This document shows positions 8,803-16,750 of a DNA stretch of 64,000 bases, one piece after another. Under the pieces are notes generated by a model that was given only the letters and a program-made list of their open reading frames with translations, had not been told where the DNA came from and did no database searches. Source of the stretch: a virus (taxonomy: Duplodnaviria > Caudoviricetes); IMG/VR virus record IMGVR_UViG_3300010348_002226, positions 5,484 through 69,483 of that record; one strand, given 5' to 3'. The translations under genes and the position numbers were made by a program. The number at the start of each line of letters is the position of its first letter. Position 1 is the first letter of the stretch.

Positions 8803-8851
8803 CGAAACCCCCGCGCAATCGGTTGACAACCGCGCGGGGGTTTCGTACGTT
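8803..8851 (+). promoter_or_regulatory. sigma70 promoter embedded in a 14-bp inverted repeat (possible terminator)
   Basis: TTGACA(8823)-N17-TACGTT(8846); IR arms 8803-8816 / 8832-8845. Confidence 0.75.
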
Positions 8852-8891
8852 CTGGTCTCGCGCTCGCCGCTACGGGCGCGGGGAGAGTGCC

Positions 8892-9029
8892 ATGATTCGG
8901 CCGGAGACGGTCGAGGAGATTCGCGGAGCGCTTGGCGAGGTCGCAGCATCACGCATGACGTACGAAGGCGAGGAGCGGACCACGCAAGCGTCGGCCGACT
9001 TCGAGCGGCTGTTCGGAGGTGAGACGTGA
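8892..9029 (+). CDS. Small hypothetical protein
   Basis: First ORF after the promoter; overlaps the next. Confidence 0.5.
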   Translation: MIRPETVEEIRGALGEVAASRMTYEGEERTTQASADFERLFGGET

Positions 9030-9181
9030 CTTGGCTCGTCGTTCGTACCGAGAACGAAGTGCGCGTCTACGGCGAACTTCACCCGAAGCTGCCGACGCCA
9101 GCGCGGACACCGGCGGCTGCGCGTGTTCTTCGCGAACGCATGGCGATCGCGCTCGCCATGCTCAAAGGAGGTGTAGCGTGA
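9026..9181 (+). CDS. Small hypothetical protein (not in ORF track)
   Basis: 51 aa; GTGA overlaps at both ends. Confidence 0.5.
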   Translation: MTWLVVRTENEVRVYGELHPKLPTPARTPAAARVLRERMAIALAMLKGGVA

Positions 9182-9471
9182 CCACCGAGGGCAAGAAGCT
9201 CGACGCCGGCAAGCGTCGGTTCACGCTGCTCCCGTGGAGCGTCGTCGGCGAGGTCGTCGACGTCTTGGAGTTCGGCGCGCGTAAGTACGCTGTCGACAAC
9301 TGGAAGAAGGTCCCGGACGCCGAGACGTGCTACGTGAACGCCGCGCTCCGACACGTGACCGCCGTGATCGAGGGGGAGAAGTTCGACCCGGAGAGCGGGC
9401 TTCCGCACCTCGCGCACGCGATCTGCTCGCTCATGTTCGCCCGTTGGTTCCAGCGGCAGGAGGATGTGTGA
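9178..9471 (+). CDS. dATP/dGTP diphosphohydrolase domain (DUF5664-like)
   Basis: G.K.DAGK, FGARKYAVDNW, AALRH, DPESGLPHLAHAIC; SD AAGGAGG. Confidence 0.85.
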   Translation: MTTEGKKLDAGKRRFTLLPWSVVGEVVDVLEFGARKYAVDNWKKVPDAETCYVNAALRHVTAVIEGEKFDPESGLPHLAHAICSLMFARWFQRQEDV

Positions 9472-9704
9472 TGACGAAGAAGACGACGAAGCAGAAGTAC
9501 GGTGTGCAGGTTCCGATCGCCGGCTTGGTCTACATCGAGGTCGAAGCCGAGAATGAGAAGGAGGCTGAGGAAGCCGCCTGGGAGGCGATCAACGAGAGGG
9601 GCGCGGAAGCGGGCGAACTGGAGTGGGAGTTCCTCGACGTGATCACCGAAGGCAACGTCTGTCGTGCGCCGTGCGACCGCATCACCGTGGACAAGTTGAA
9701 GTGA
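9471..9704 (+). CDS. Small acidic hypothetical protein
   Basis: Overlapping start/stop codons. Confidence 0.65.
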   Translation: MTKKTTKQKYGVQVPIAGLVYIEVEAENEKEAEEAAWEAINERGAEAGELEWEFLDVITEGNVCRAPCDRITVDKLK

Positions 9705-12445
9705 CCTGGCGCCCCTACAACAAGTTCGGGTGGTGGACCATCCACCTCGACAAGCTCTCGACGAGGCACGAGAAGCTCCTCGAAGACCTGAGCAGCGTGC
9801 CGGGCATCACCGTCGGTGCCGGCGAGTCGCGTGGGGGCTACTTCCTGAACGTCGGCGTCACCGCGCACGAGTCGGCCATGATGACCGACGTCTTCCTCGC
9901 GTTCGAGGATGTCGTTGGGTTGTGTATGGGCGGCGGTATCGAGCCCGACGACGGGCTTTGGGAGGGCGCGCGTCAGCTTCGCCCGTACCAGCGCGAAGCC
10001 GCGCGCTTCCTCTGCGCGACGGGCGGCGGCATGCTCTGCGACCAGATGGGCCTCGGGAAAGGGCTGCCGAACGCGACTGGTGTACTGACGCCGACCGGGT
10101 ACGTGCCGATCGGAGCGTTGCGCGTCGGCGACGTCGTGTGTGACACGCTCGGCGGCACGTGCCGGGTTACAGGCGTGTTTCCACAAGGGGCGCGGCCTGT
10201 GTTTCGTGTGACGATGGCCGACGGAACGTCTGTCCTTGCAGACGATCAGCATCGCTGGCTCGTTCGCTCCCCACAGCACCGATGGGAGAGTAGCGTAGGC
10301 GTTGTACGCACGACCGCGGAGCTGTTGGCCGGAGGACTCCGTACGAAGCCGTCGGCGCGTAACGACAGCAACCGTCGGTGGTTTCTTCCGGACGTGACCG
10401 AAGTGGCGTTCGCGGCGCAGGATGTGCCGATTGACCCCTACGTGCTCGGGACGATGTTGGGGGATGCGTCGTTGCTGGGAACGGTACGGCTCCATACGCA
10501 GGATGCGGATGTGTTGGCCGAGGTGTTGCGCCGTTGGCCGGCGGCACGGGTTTGCACAAGGCCGGGTTTGTCGTTGCCAGGGTTGTTCCGAGCAGTGACG
10601 CAGCTCGGGCTTGCGCGAAAACGCGCGTGGGAAAAGTACGTCCCGCGGGTGTACCTCTACAACACCGTCGAGGTGCGGCGTGCGCTGCTGGCGGGGCTTG
10701 TGGACACAGATGCCGAGTGTCGAAAGGACGGTACCGTGTGTTACACGTCGACTTCGCAGCAACTTGCGGAGGACGTGGCGTTCTTGGTGCGCGCGTTGGG
10801 CGGTGTGGCGTCGGTGCGCCCGCGACGGACTTCGTTCTTGTACGAGGGGGAAAAACGCGAAGGGCGCGTCGCGTACGTTGTCAATATCCGCATGCGAACC
10901 AATCCTTTTTTGGCGCAACAGGCGCGACGCCATCGGTGGAAGCCCTCGATCTGCGCACGCGGCATCGAAGCGATCGAGCCGTGCGGTACGATGGCCACAA
11001 CGTGCATTTCCGTGGACGCGCCGAACGCGTTGTTTCTGACGGAAAACGTGATTCCGACGCACAACACGACTTCGGCCATCGTGGCCGCTGAGACGCTTCG
11101 CCGGCGCGTGGACGAGGGCGCTCCGGTGCTCGTCATCGGGCCGAAGTTCGTGCGCGCGACGTGGAAGCGCGAGCTGCTCGAAAACGGGGCGATCGCGTCG
11201 CCGAGCGAGTTCTTCTTCGCGACGGGCGTCAAGCCGACGCGCGAGCAAGAGCGCGAGCTTCAGACCGCGCGGTATTGGTTCGTGCACTACGAGATCCTGG
11301 AGGCGTGGCGGCACGTCCTCACGCGGCCGCTCTACGCGAAGCGGCCCGTGGTGGCGATCGTCGACGAGGGGCACTGGATCCGCAACCCGAAGGCGAAGCG
11401 TACGAAGGCCGTGCTCGCGTCGGCCGGCATCGCGCGGCATCGCATCCTGCTCACCGGCACGCCGCTCGCGAACCGCGTGGAAGACCTCTGGGTTCCGCTC
11501 ACGTTCGTCGATGGCATGGGCGCATGGGGCACGGCGTTCAGCTTCGCGAGCCGCTACACGATCTTCCAGAAGGACCAGTACGGCTGGAAGTCGCACGGGC
11601 CCGCGCGCATGCCGGAGTTCCAGCACCGTCTGTCGCGCAGCTACCTCCGGCGCGAGGTCGCGGACGTGGGGGCGGAGATCCCGGACCTCACGCGCGAGCG
11701 CATGCTCGTCGAGCCCACGAAGGACTTCTCCGCCGCGATCAAGAAGTGGGCCGGCGGCGACATGGACCGCGCGCTCTCACGCCTCGAAGATGCGCTCGCG
11801 GCCGGGGCGCTCGGCAGCGAGACGCTCTCCGCCTTGACCGAATGGCGGAAGTGGACGTCGAGCGTGAAGGTCCCCGAGACCGCCGCGCTCACCGCGTCGC
11901 TCCTCGCCGAGGGCGAGAGCGTTGTCGTCTTCGTCTGGCAGCGGGAGACGGCGGAAGAGCTGGCGCGGGCGGTCGGCAAGGCGCTCGTCAGCTCGCGCGA
12001 AGACAAGGCGACCTTCTCTTACCGGGCCCACGTCGTGCACGGCGGGATTCCGCAGGCGACGCGGGACGCAGCCGTGGAGGCGTTCCAGACCTACGCCGGC
12101 CCGCAGGTCATCTTCGCGACGATCGAGGCGCTGAAGGAGGGCGTCACGTTGCACGCGGCCCGCCGCGTCATCATCCACGACCTCGACTGGATCCCGGCGA
12201 CGCTGCTGCAGGCGGAAGCCCGCGTGCATCGTCTCGGCCAGAAGCGCGCGTGCGTCGCGACGTGGATGGTGGTCGAGCGCAGTGCGGACGAGCTGATCGC
12301 ACGGCACCTGCTACAGAAGGCGAACGCGATGGCGGCCGCGATCGGCGACACCGGCGCGCAGGTCGCCATCGAGGGTGTCGCCCCGGTCACCGAAGACGAC
12401 ATCGGGGCGAAGTACGCCGCGGAGCTGCTGGGAGGTATGGGATGA
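9701..12445 (+). CDS. SNF2-like (SF2) helicase containing an intein
   Basis: LRPYQ, DQMGLGK|T, IVDEGH, LLTGTP, QAEARVHRLGQ. Confidence 0.9.
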   Translation: MTWRPYNKFGWWTIHLDKLSTRHEKLLEDLSSVPGITVGAGESRGGYFLNVGVTAHESAMMTDVFLAFEDVVGLCMGGGIEPDDGLWEGARQLRPYQREAARFLCATGGGMLCDQMGLGKGLPNATGVLTPTGYVPIGALRVGDVVCDTLGGTCRVTGVFPQGARPVFRVTMADGTSVLADDQHRWLVRSPQHRWESSVGVVRTTAELLAGGLRTKPSARNDSNRRWFLPDVTEVAFAAQDVPIDPYVLGTMLGDASLLGTVRLHTQDADVLAEVLRRWPAARVCTRPGLSLPGLFRAVTQLGLARKRAWEKYVPRVYLYNTVEVRRALLAGLVDTDAECRKDGTVCYTSTSQQLAEDVAFLVRALGGVASVRPRRTSFLYEGEKREGRVAYVVNIRMRTNPFLAQQARRHRWKPSICARGIEAIEPCGTMATTCISVDAPNALFLTENVIPTHNTTSAIVAAETLRRRVDEGAPVLVIGPKFVRATWKRELLENGAIASPSEFFFATGVKPTREQERELQTARYWFVHYEILEAWRHVLTRPLYAKRPVVAIVDEGHWIRNPKAKRTKAVLASAGIARHRILLTGTPLANRVEDLWVPLTFVDGMGAWGTAFSFASRYTIFQKDQYGWKSHGPARMPEFQHRLSRSYLRREVADVGAEIPDLTRERMLVEPTKDFSAAIKKWAGGDMDRALSRLEDALAAGALGSETLSALTEWRKWTSSVKVPETAALTASLLAEGESVVVFVWQRETAEELARAVGKALVSSREDKATFSYRAHVVHGGIPQATRDAAVEAFQTYAGPQVIFATIEALKEGVTLHAARRVIIHDLDWIPATLLQAEARVHRLGQKRACVATWMVVERSADELIARHLLQKANAMAAAIGDTGAQVAIEGVAPVTEDDIGAKYAAELLGGMG
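10061..11065 (+). mobile_element. Intein (335 aa, class-3-like) with a LAGLIDADG-type endonuclease, inserted in Walker A
   Basis: GLPNATGVLTP...HRW...LAGLVDTD...TCISV...PTHN|T; distinct codon usage. Confidence 0.88.
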
Positions 12446-13374
12446 TCCGTTTCGGAACAGGGCGGAAGACGGAGGCGACGGAGTATCCGCCGATCCACGA
12501 AGTGCTCGGCATCGCGCCGTCGAGCGGCAGTCCGTGGGGCTCGACGCGGTGGAAGCTCCTCCGGCGCTGTCCCCGCGAGTTCTTCCTGACGCAGAGCGGC
12601 GTCGTGAAGTCGAACCATCGCGAGCCGGCGCTCGACTACGGCATCGCCTACCACCACGTCTTGGAGGTCTACTACCGGGCGCTGCAGGGTGGCGCCGACC
12701 ATCCGGGTGCCGTGCAGGAAGCGTGGGGCGCGCTCGCCCCGATGCGGGAGATTCCGGAGTGCGCCGAGATGTACTCGACGCTCGAACGCATGCTCGTCTC
12801 GTACTTCGAGTTGGCGGCGAACGACCGCTGGCGGGTGATCGCGGTCGAGGAAGAGATCGTGTACGAAGGCCGCGACTTCAACTACTCCGTGCGGCTCGAC
12901 CTCCTCGTCGAGGATCTCGAACGCGGCGGCATGTGGGTCGTCGAGCACAAGTCGGCGCAGACGATCACGGCCGACCTCACGGCTGGCTATTCCCTCGATC
13001 TGCAGGTGCTCGGGCAGATTTGGATCGTGCAGGAATGCGTCGACCTCACGCAGTACCCGCCCTTCAAGGGCGTGATCGTGAACATCACGAGCAAGCAGAA
13101 GGTACCGCAGCACCAGCGTGTCGAGGTGACGGCGACGCGAGCACACTTGGCGGAGTGGCGCAAGTCGGTTTGTGCCCTCGCGGACATGGAAGCGCTGGCG
13201 GAGCGTCACGGCTGGCCCAAGGCGCTCGGCAACTGCACGGGGGCGCCGCGTTACTTCAAGCAGTGTGCCTTTTTCGACATTTGTCACGGCAAGCCCAACA
13301 TGCCCGTTGACAACCTCGACGAGTATGCGCTACCTATGGGCTTCGTCGTCGACCAGAACCGGAAGGTTCGATGA
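12442..13374 (+). CDS. PD-(D/E)XK RecB/Cas4-like exonuclease
   Basis: RLDLLV...VVEHKS; one N-terminal and three C-terminal Cys. Confidence 0.85.
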   Translation: MIRFGTGRKTEATEYPPIHEVLGIAPSSGSPWGSTRWKLLRRCPREFFLTQSGVVKSNHREPALDYGIAYHHVLEVYYRALQGGADHPGAVQEAWGALAPMREIPECAEMYSTLERMLVSYFELAANDRWRVIAVEEEIVYEGRDFNYSVRLDLLVEDLERGGMWVVEHKSAQTITADLTAGYSLDLQVLGQIWIVQECVDLTQYPPFKGVIVNITSKQKVPQHQRVEVTATRAHLAEWRKSVCALADMEALAERHGWPKALGNCTGAPRYFKQCAFFDICHGKPNMPVDNLDEYALPMGFVVDQNRKVR

Positions 13375-13423
13375 CCAATAGATGCTCTGAATAGATGCAT
13401 TCAGAGGAAAGGCGGACACGCCC

Positions 13424-14242
13424 ATGACGCAAGTGAACGAAAAGACCCGTGTGCCTGCCGCGAAGCCTGCTCTCTTCGCCGTCCAGCAGACCGCGGAAAT
13501 CCAGTCGCCCTGGACCCACTGGTTCCTGTACGGCAACAGCGGCAGCGGCAAGACGACCGCCGCCTCGACGTTCCCGTCGCCGCTCTTCCTCGTGCCGTCG
13601 GCCGAGGGCTCCGAGCTGACGCTGGCGCACGCCGAGCAGGACTACCCCTACATCAAGATCGGGCGCGACGCGGAGGGCAACCCCGTGAAGCCGCGCGACC
13701 ACATGCACGCCATCCTGAAGGAGCTGGAAGCGCGTCACATCGAGATGCGCCGACTTCTCGCGGCGGGCGACACGGACGGCGCGGACGCCGTCTTCCCCTG
13801 GCAGACCATCGTCTTCGAGTCGATGACGCACTACTGCGCCATGCTGCAGGACGAGATCAGCCAGAACGGCATGCAGAAGATGGACCAGCAGCGCTGGGGC
13901 ATGATCTCGGACCACCTGCGCGCCGTCCACAGCCGGCTCCGCGGGCTCGACTGCCACGTCGTCTTCACCGCGCTCTCGAAGGTCGAGGGCGAGGAGCGGA
14001 GCGCCGAGGGCCTGCCCGACATCAGCGGCAAGATGGCGCGCATGTTGCCCGCGGCGTGCGACGCGATCGGCTTCTGCGAGTGCGTCGAGGGCGGCGGCTC
14101 GAAGGCGAACGCCGTCTACCGCATCTACTTCCGGCAGCACCGCGTGTACCTCGCGCGGACGCGGTTCCGCGACATGCCGCCGATGATCGAGAACTTCCAC
14201 TTCAACGACGTGGCGCGTTTCACGTCGGCGAAGGGGCTCTGA
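13424..14242 (+). CDS. AAA_24/Sak4-like ATPase, probable ssDNA annealing protein
   Basis: LYGNSGSGKTT, IVFESMT; lies between the nuclease and SSB. Confidence 0.8.
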   Translation: MTQVNEKTRVPAAKPALFAVQQTAEIQSPWTHWFLYGNSGSGKTTAASTFPSPLFLVPSAEGSELTLAHAEQDYPYIKIGRDAEGNPVKPRDHMHAILKELEARHIEMRRLLAAGDTDGADAVFPWQTIVFESMTHYCAMLQDEISQNGMQKMDQQRWGMISDHLRAVHSRLRGLDCHVVFTALSKVEGEERSAEGLPDISGKMARMLPAACDAIGFCECVEGGGSKANAVYRIYFRQHRVYLARTRFRDMPPMIENFHFNDVARFTSAKGL

Positions 14243-14288
14243 GTTTCCCGTCCGTGATCACGAAACCCGTAACGAAGGACAGACAGAC

Positions 14289-14804
14289 ATGATCCGCTAC
14301 AGCAACAAGCCGAACAACTTCTCCCCGCTCCCGGTCGGCACGTACGACCTCCGCATCGAGTCGGTCGATGTGAAGCCGAAGAACGAGAACGACCAGCTCG
14401 TCGTCAAGGCGGTGGTCGTCGGCGGCCCGTCGGACGGCCGCAGCGTGACCGACTGGTTCACGCTCTCCGAGGCGGCCATGTGGCGCGTCGGCAACCTCGT
14501 CGAGGCGACCGGCGTCGCGGCGACGGTGGTCGGCGAGGATGCGCAGGGCAACCCGGCGTACGAGTTCGACGAGAACGACCTCGTCGGGCTCTGCTACCGC
14601 GTCGACGTCACGATCCGGGAGTACACGAAGGACGGTCAGAAGCGCCAGGCGAACGACTTCAAGAACTTCGCGCCGAGCGACATCAACGGCGGCGCGGAGG
14701 AGGAGGAGCCCGAGCCCGCCCCGGCCCCGGCCCCCGTGCAGCGTCGCCAGCCGCCCCAGGCGGCCGGTGGTGGCGTGGCCCGTCGCCCGCGGGGCGCGGC
14801 GTGA
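14289..14804 (+). CDS. DUF669-like ssDNA-binding protein
   Basis: PLPVGTY start, OB-like pattern, acidic/Pro tail. Confidence 0.75.
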   Translation: MIRYSNKPNNFSPLPVGTYDLRIESVDVKPKNENDQLVVKAVVVGGPSDGRSVTDWFTLSEAAMWRVGNLVEATGVAATVVGEDAQGNPAYEFDENDLVGLCYRVDVTIREYTKDGQKRQANDFKNFAPSDINGGAEEEEPEPAPAPAPVQRRQPPQAAGGGVARRPRGAA

Positions 14805-15238
14805 ACGAGGGCCAGCAGCCCGAGCAGGGCATGACCGAAGAGCAGATGCTCGCCGCGCTGGTCCACCAGCAGGCGTTCCTGCTCTCGCATGCCCTGCCTC
14901 GGGCGGCGCCCGAACAGATCGTGGTGGCGCTGCAGGAGGAGCTGGCGGCTCAGGATGGGCTCGCGGCGGTCCTGAACGACGTCGTCGACGAGGCGGCGCG
15001 CCAGAAGAACCCGATTTGGGGCTTCCGCATCCTGCGGCCTGACGGCAAGGAGCTGACCCGCGCGAGCGTGGCGAAGGCTCTCGACCCGTCCGATCCGCAC
15101 TACATCCAGCACGTCGCGATCTGGGCGAACGTCCAGGCGATGGTGACGATCCCGGCGCTCCGCGCCGTCTGGCGAGCGCTCGGCGCGAAGGTCGAGTTCT
15201 TCCAGATGAAGGCCCCGAGCCCCATCCTCCACCCCTGA
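14801..15238 (+). CDS. Hypothetical protein
   Basis: GTGA overlap, codon bias. Confidence 0.65.
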   Translation: MNEGQQPEQGMTEEQMLAALVHQQAFLLSHALPRAAPEQIVVALQEELAAQDGLAAVLNDVVDEAARQKNPIWGFRILRPDGKELTRASVAKALDPSDPHYIQHVAIWANVQAMVTIPALRAVWRALGAKVEFFQMKAPSPILHP

Positions 15239-15396
15239 CGTCGGCACGCGCCGCGTGTCCGGCGATGGGCGACGGCACCCGCATCCCTCGACATCGCGGG
15301 ACGTCGCCGGGCGCGGCCTTGCGCGTGTCATTCGGTGTGGCCCCGAGCCGACGACGAAGTCGGGGCAACCCTTTCCTCCCGGGAGACCGAAGACCC

Positions 15397-15705
15397 ATGG
15401 GCAAGACGAAGAAGACGGCGAAGTCGCCGACGAAGCAGGCGCCGCGAAGTGGCGCGCGAACGATCGAGGACGTGAACGACGTGGAGGCGCTTCTCCGCCG
15501 AGGCTGCACGGTGAACGAGTACGCTGAGGCGCTCGGGATCTCGCGCCAAGCGAGCCGCTCGCGGCTGCAGAAGGCGGTCGAGGAAGGCGTGCTCGTGAGC
15601 GAGGCTGGCAAGCCGCCGAAGCTCTCGGCGACCGACCTGCTCCGGCCCCCCGTGCGTGCCGGCATCCCGCCGCGCGTCTACCGGCTCAAGTCGGCGAAGG
15701 GCTGA
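15397..15705 (+). CDS. HTH DNA-binding protein
   Basis: TVNEYAEALGISRQASRSRL. Confidence 0.7.
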   Translation: MGKTKKTAKSPTKQAPRSGARTIEDVNDVEALLRRGCTVNEYAEALGISRQASRSRLQKAVEEGVLVSEAGKPPKLSATDLLRPPVRAGIPPRVYRLKSAKG

Positions 15706-15710
15706 CCGTC

Positions 15711-15968
15711 ATGACCAGCACCACCACGCACGCTACCATCGCGGAGAACCCCGCTCTCGTCGCGCTCGTCGCAGACGTGCGGGGCTGCGTCCTTCGCTAC
15801 ACGGACACCGCCGGCGCGCTTCGCGTGACGCCTTCCGAAGCGTGGTCCGCGCTTGCGCTCATCGCGCTCCGGGAGATCGCGCGGCATTCGGTGCCCTACG
15901 CCGTCGCGACGATGATGCTCTATCGGGCCTACCGGGACCAGGAGGAGCGCGATGGGAAGGTGCGGTGA
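15711..15968 (+). CDS. Hypothetical protein
   Basis: Operon position. Confidence 0.55.
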   Translation: MTSTTTHATIAENPALVALVADVRGCVLRYTDTAGALRVTPSEAWSALALIALREIARHSVPYAVATMMLYRAYRDQEERDGKVR

Positions 15969-16116
15969 GCCGGACCAGATCACGCTGGGCGGCGCGATTG
16001 GCGTCGTCATCGGCACGATCTTCGCGATCGTGATTCTCGGCGAGCTGGCCGACTGCGGCCGCGAACCGCCACACCCGGCACCCCGCGACATCGAGACGGC
16101 CTACGCGGCCGACTGA
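15952..16116 (+). CDS. Small membrane protein (not in ORF track)
   Basis: 54 aa with TM ITLGGAIGVVIGTIFAIVIL. Confidence 0.45.
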   Translation: MGRCGEPDQITLGGAIGVVIGTIFAIVILGELADCGREPPHPAPRDIETAYAAD

Positions 16117-16123
16117 GGGACCC

Positions 16124-16747
16124 ATGGGCCTGTCCGAACATGCGTTCGGCACGAACGACGAGTGGTGCACGCCCCCGAGCCTCTTCCTGCCGATGGTCTG
16201 GGGCTGGGGCGGCATCGACCTCGACCCGTTCGGGCACTTCACGTCGAAGGTCCCCGCGACCGAGCGTTGGACGCTGCCCGAGAAGTGGGCGGCAGCCGAG
16301 GGCCTTTCGGACGAGGAGTGGACCGCGCTCCTCGCCGCCGGCTACGTCGAGGGCGACGCGCAGACGCTCGAATGGAACGGGCGCGTGTTCGCGAACGGCC
16401 CCTACTCGAACGTCGCGTGGTGGCTCTCGCGTGCCGCGGACGCTGCCGAGCAGCGCGAAGCCCACGTCATCGGGCTCATCCCCGTGCGGCCGAACAACAC
16501 GTGGTGGGACACGTACGTCTGGCGTCGCGCTTCCGCGATCTGCTGGCCCCGCAAGCGCGTCACCTTCGAGGGTACGCAGCGCAACGGCAAGAAGGGCGTG
16601 AACGCGCCGTTCCACGTGTGCCTGCCGTACTACGGCAACGAGGCGACGGTGTTCGGCTTCATGTACGAGCACGTCGGCCACATCCAGATTCTCCGCCCCC
16701 AGACGCTCCCGTTCCGGAGCGAGCTTCTCCAGCACTTGCAGAGGTAG
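16124..16747 (+). CDS. Phage-type DNA N6-adenine methyltransferase
   Basis: DEWCTP, IDLDP, VFANGPYS (NPPY-like). Confidence 0.8.
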   Translation: MGLSEHAFGTNDEWCTPPSLFLPMVWGWGGIDLDPFGHFTSKVPATERWTLPEKWAAAEGLSDEEWTALLAAGYVEGDAQTLEWNGRVFANGPYSNVAWWLSRAADAAEQREAHVIGLIPVRPNNTWWDTYVWRRASAICWPRKRVTFEGTQRNGKKGVNAPFHVCLPYYGNEATVFGFMYEHVGHIQILRPQTLPFRSELLQHLQR

Positions 16748-16750
16748 ACC

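Noticed and set aside
9178-9471. Claim of a 2-aminoadenine (Z) or deazaguanine genome
   Set aside because: No PurZ, QueC/D/E, FolE or DpdA recognised in the window.
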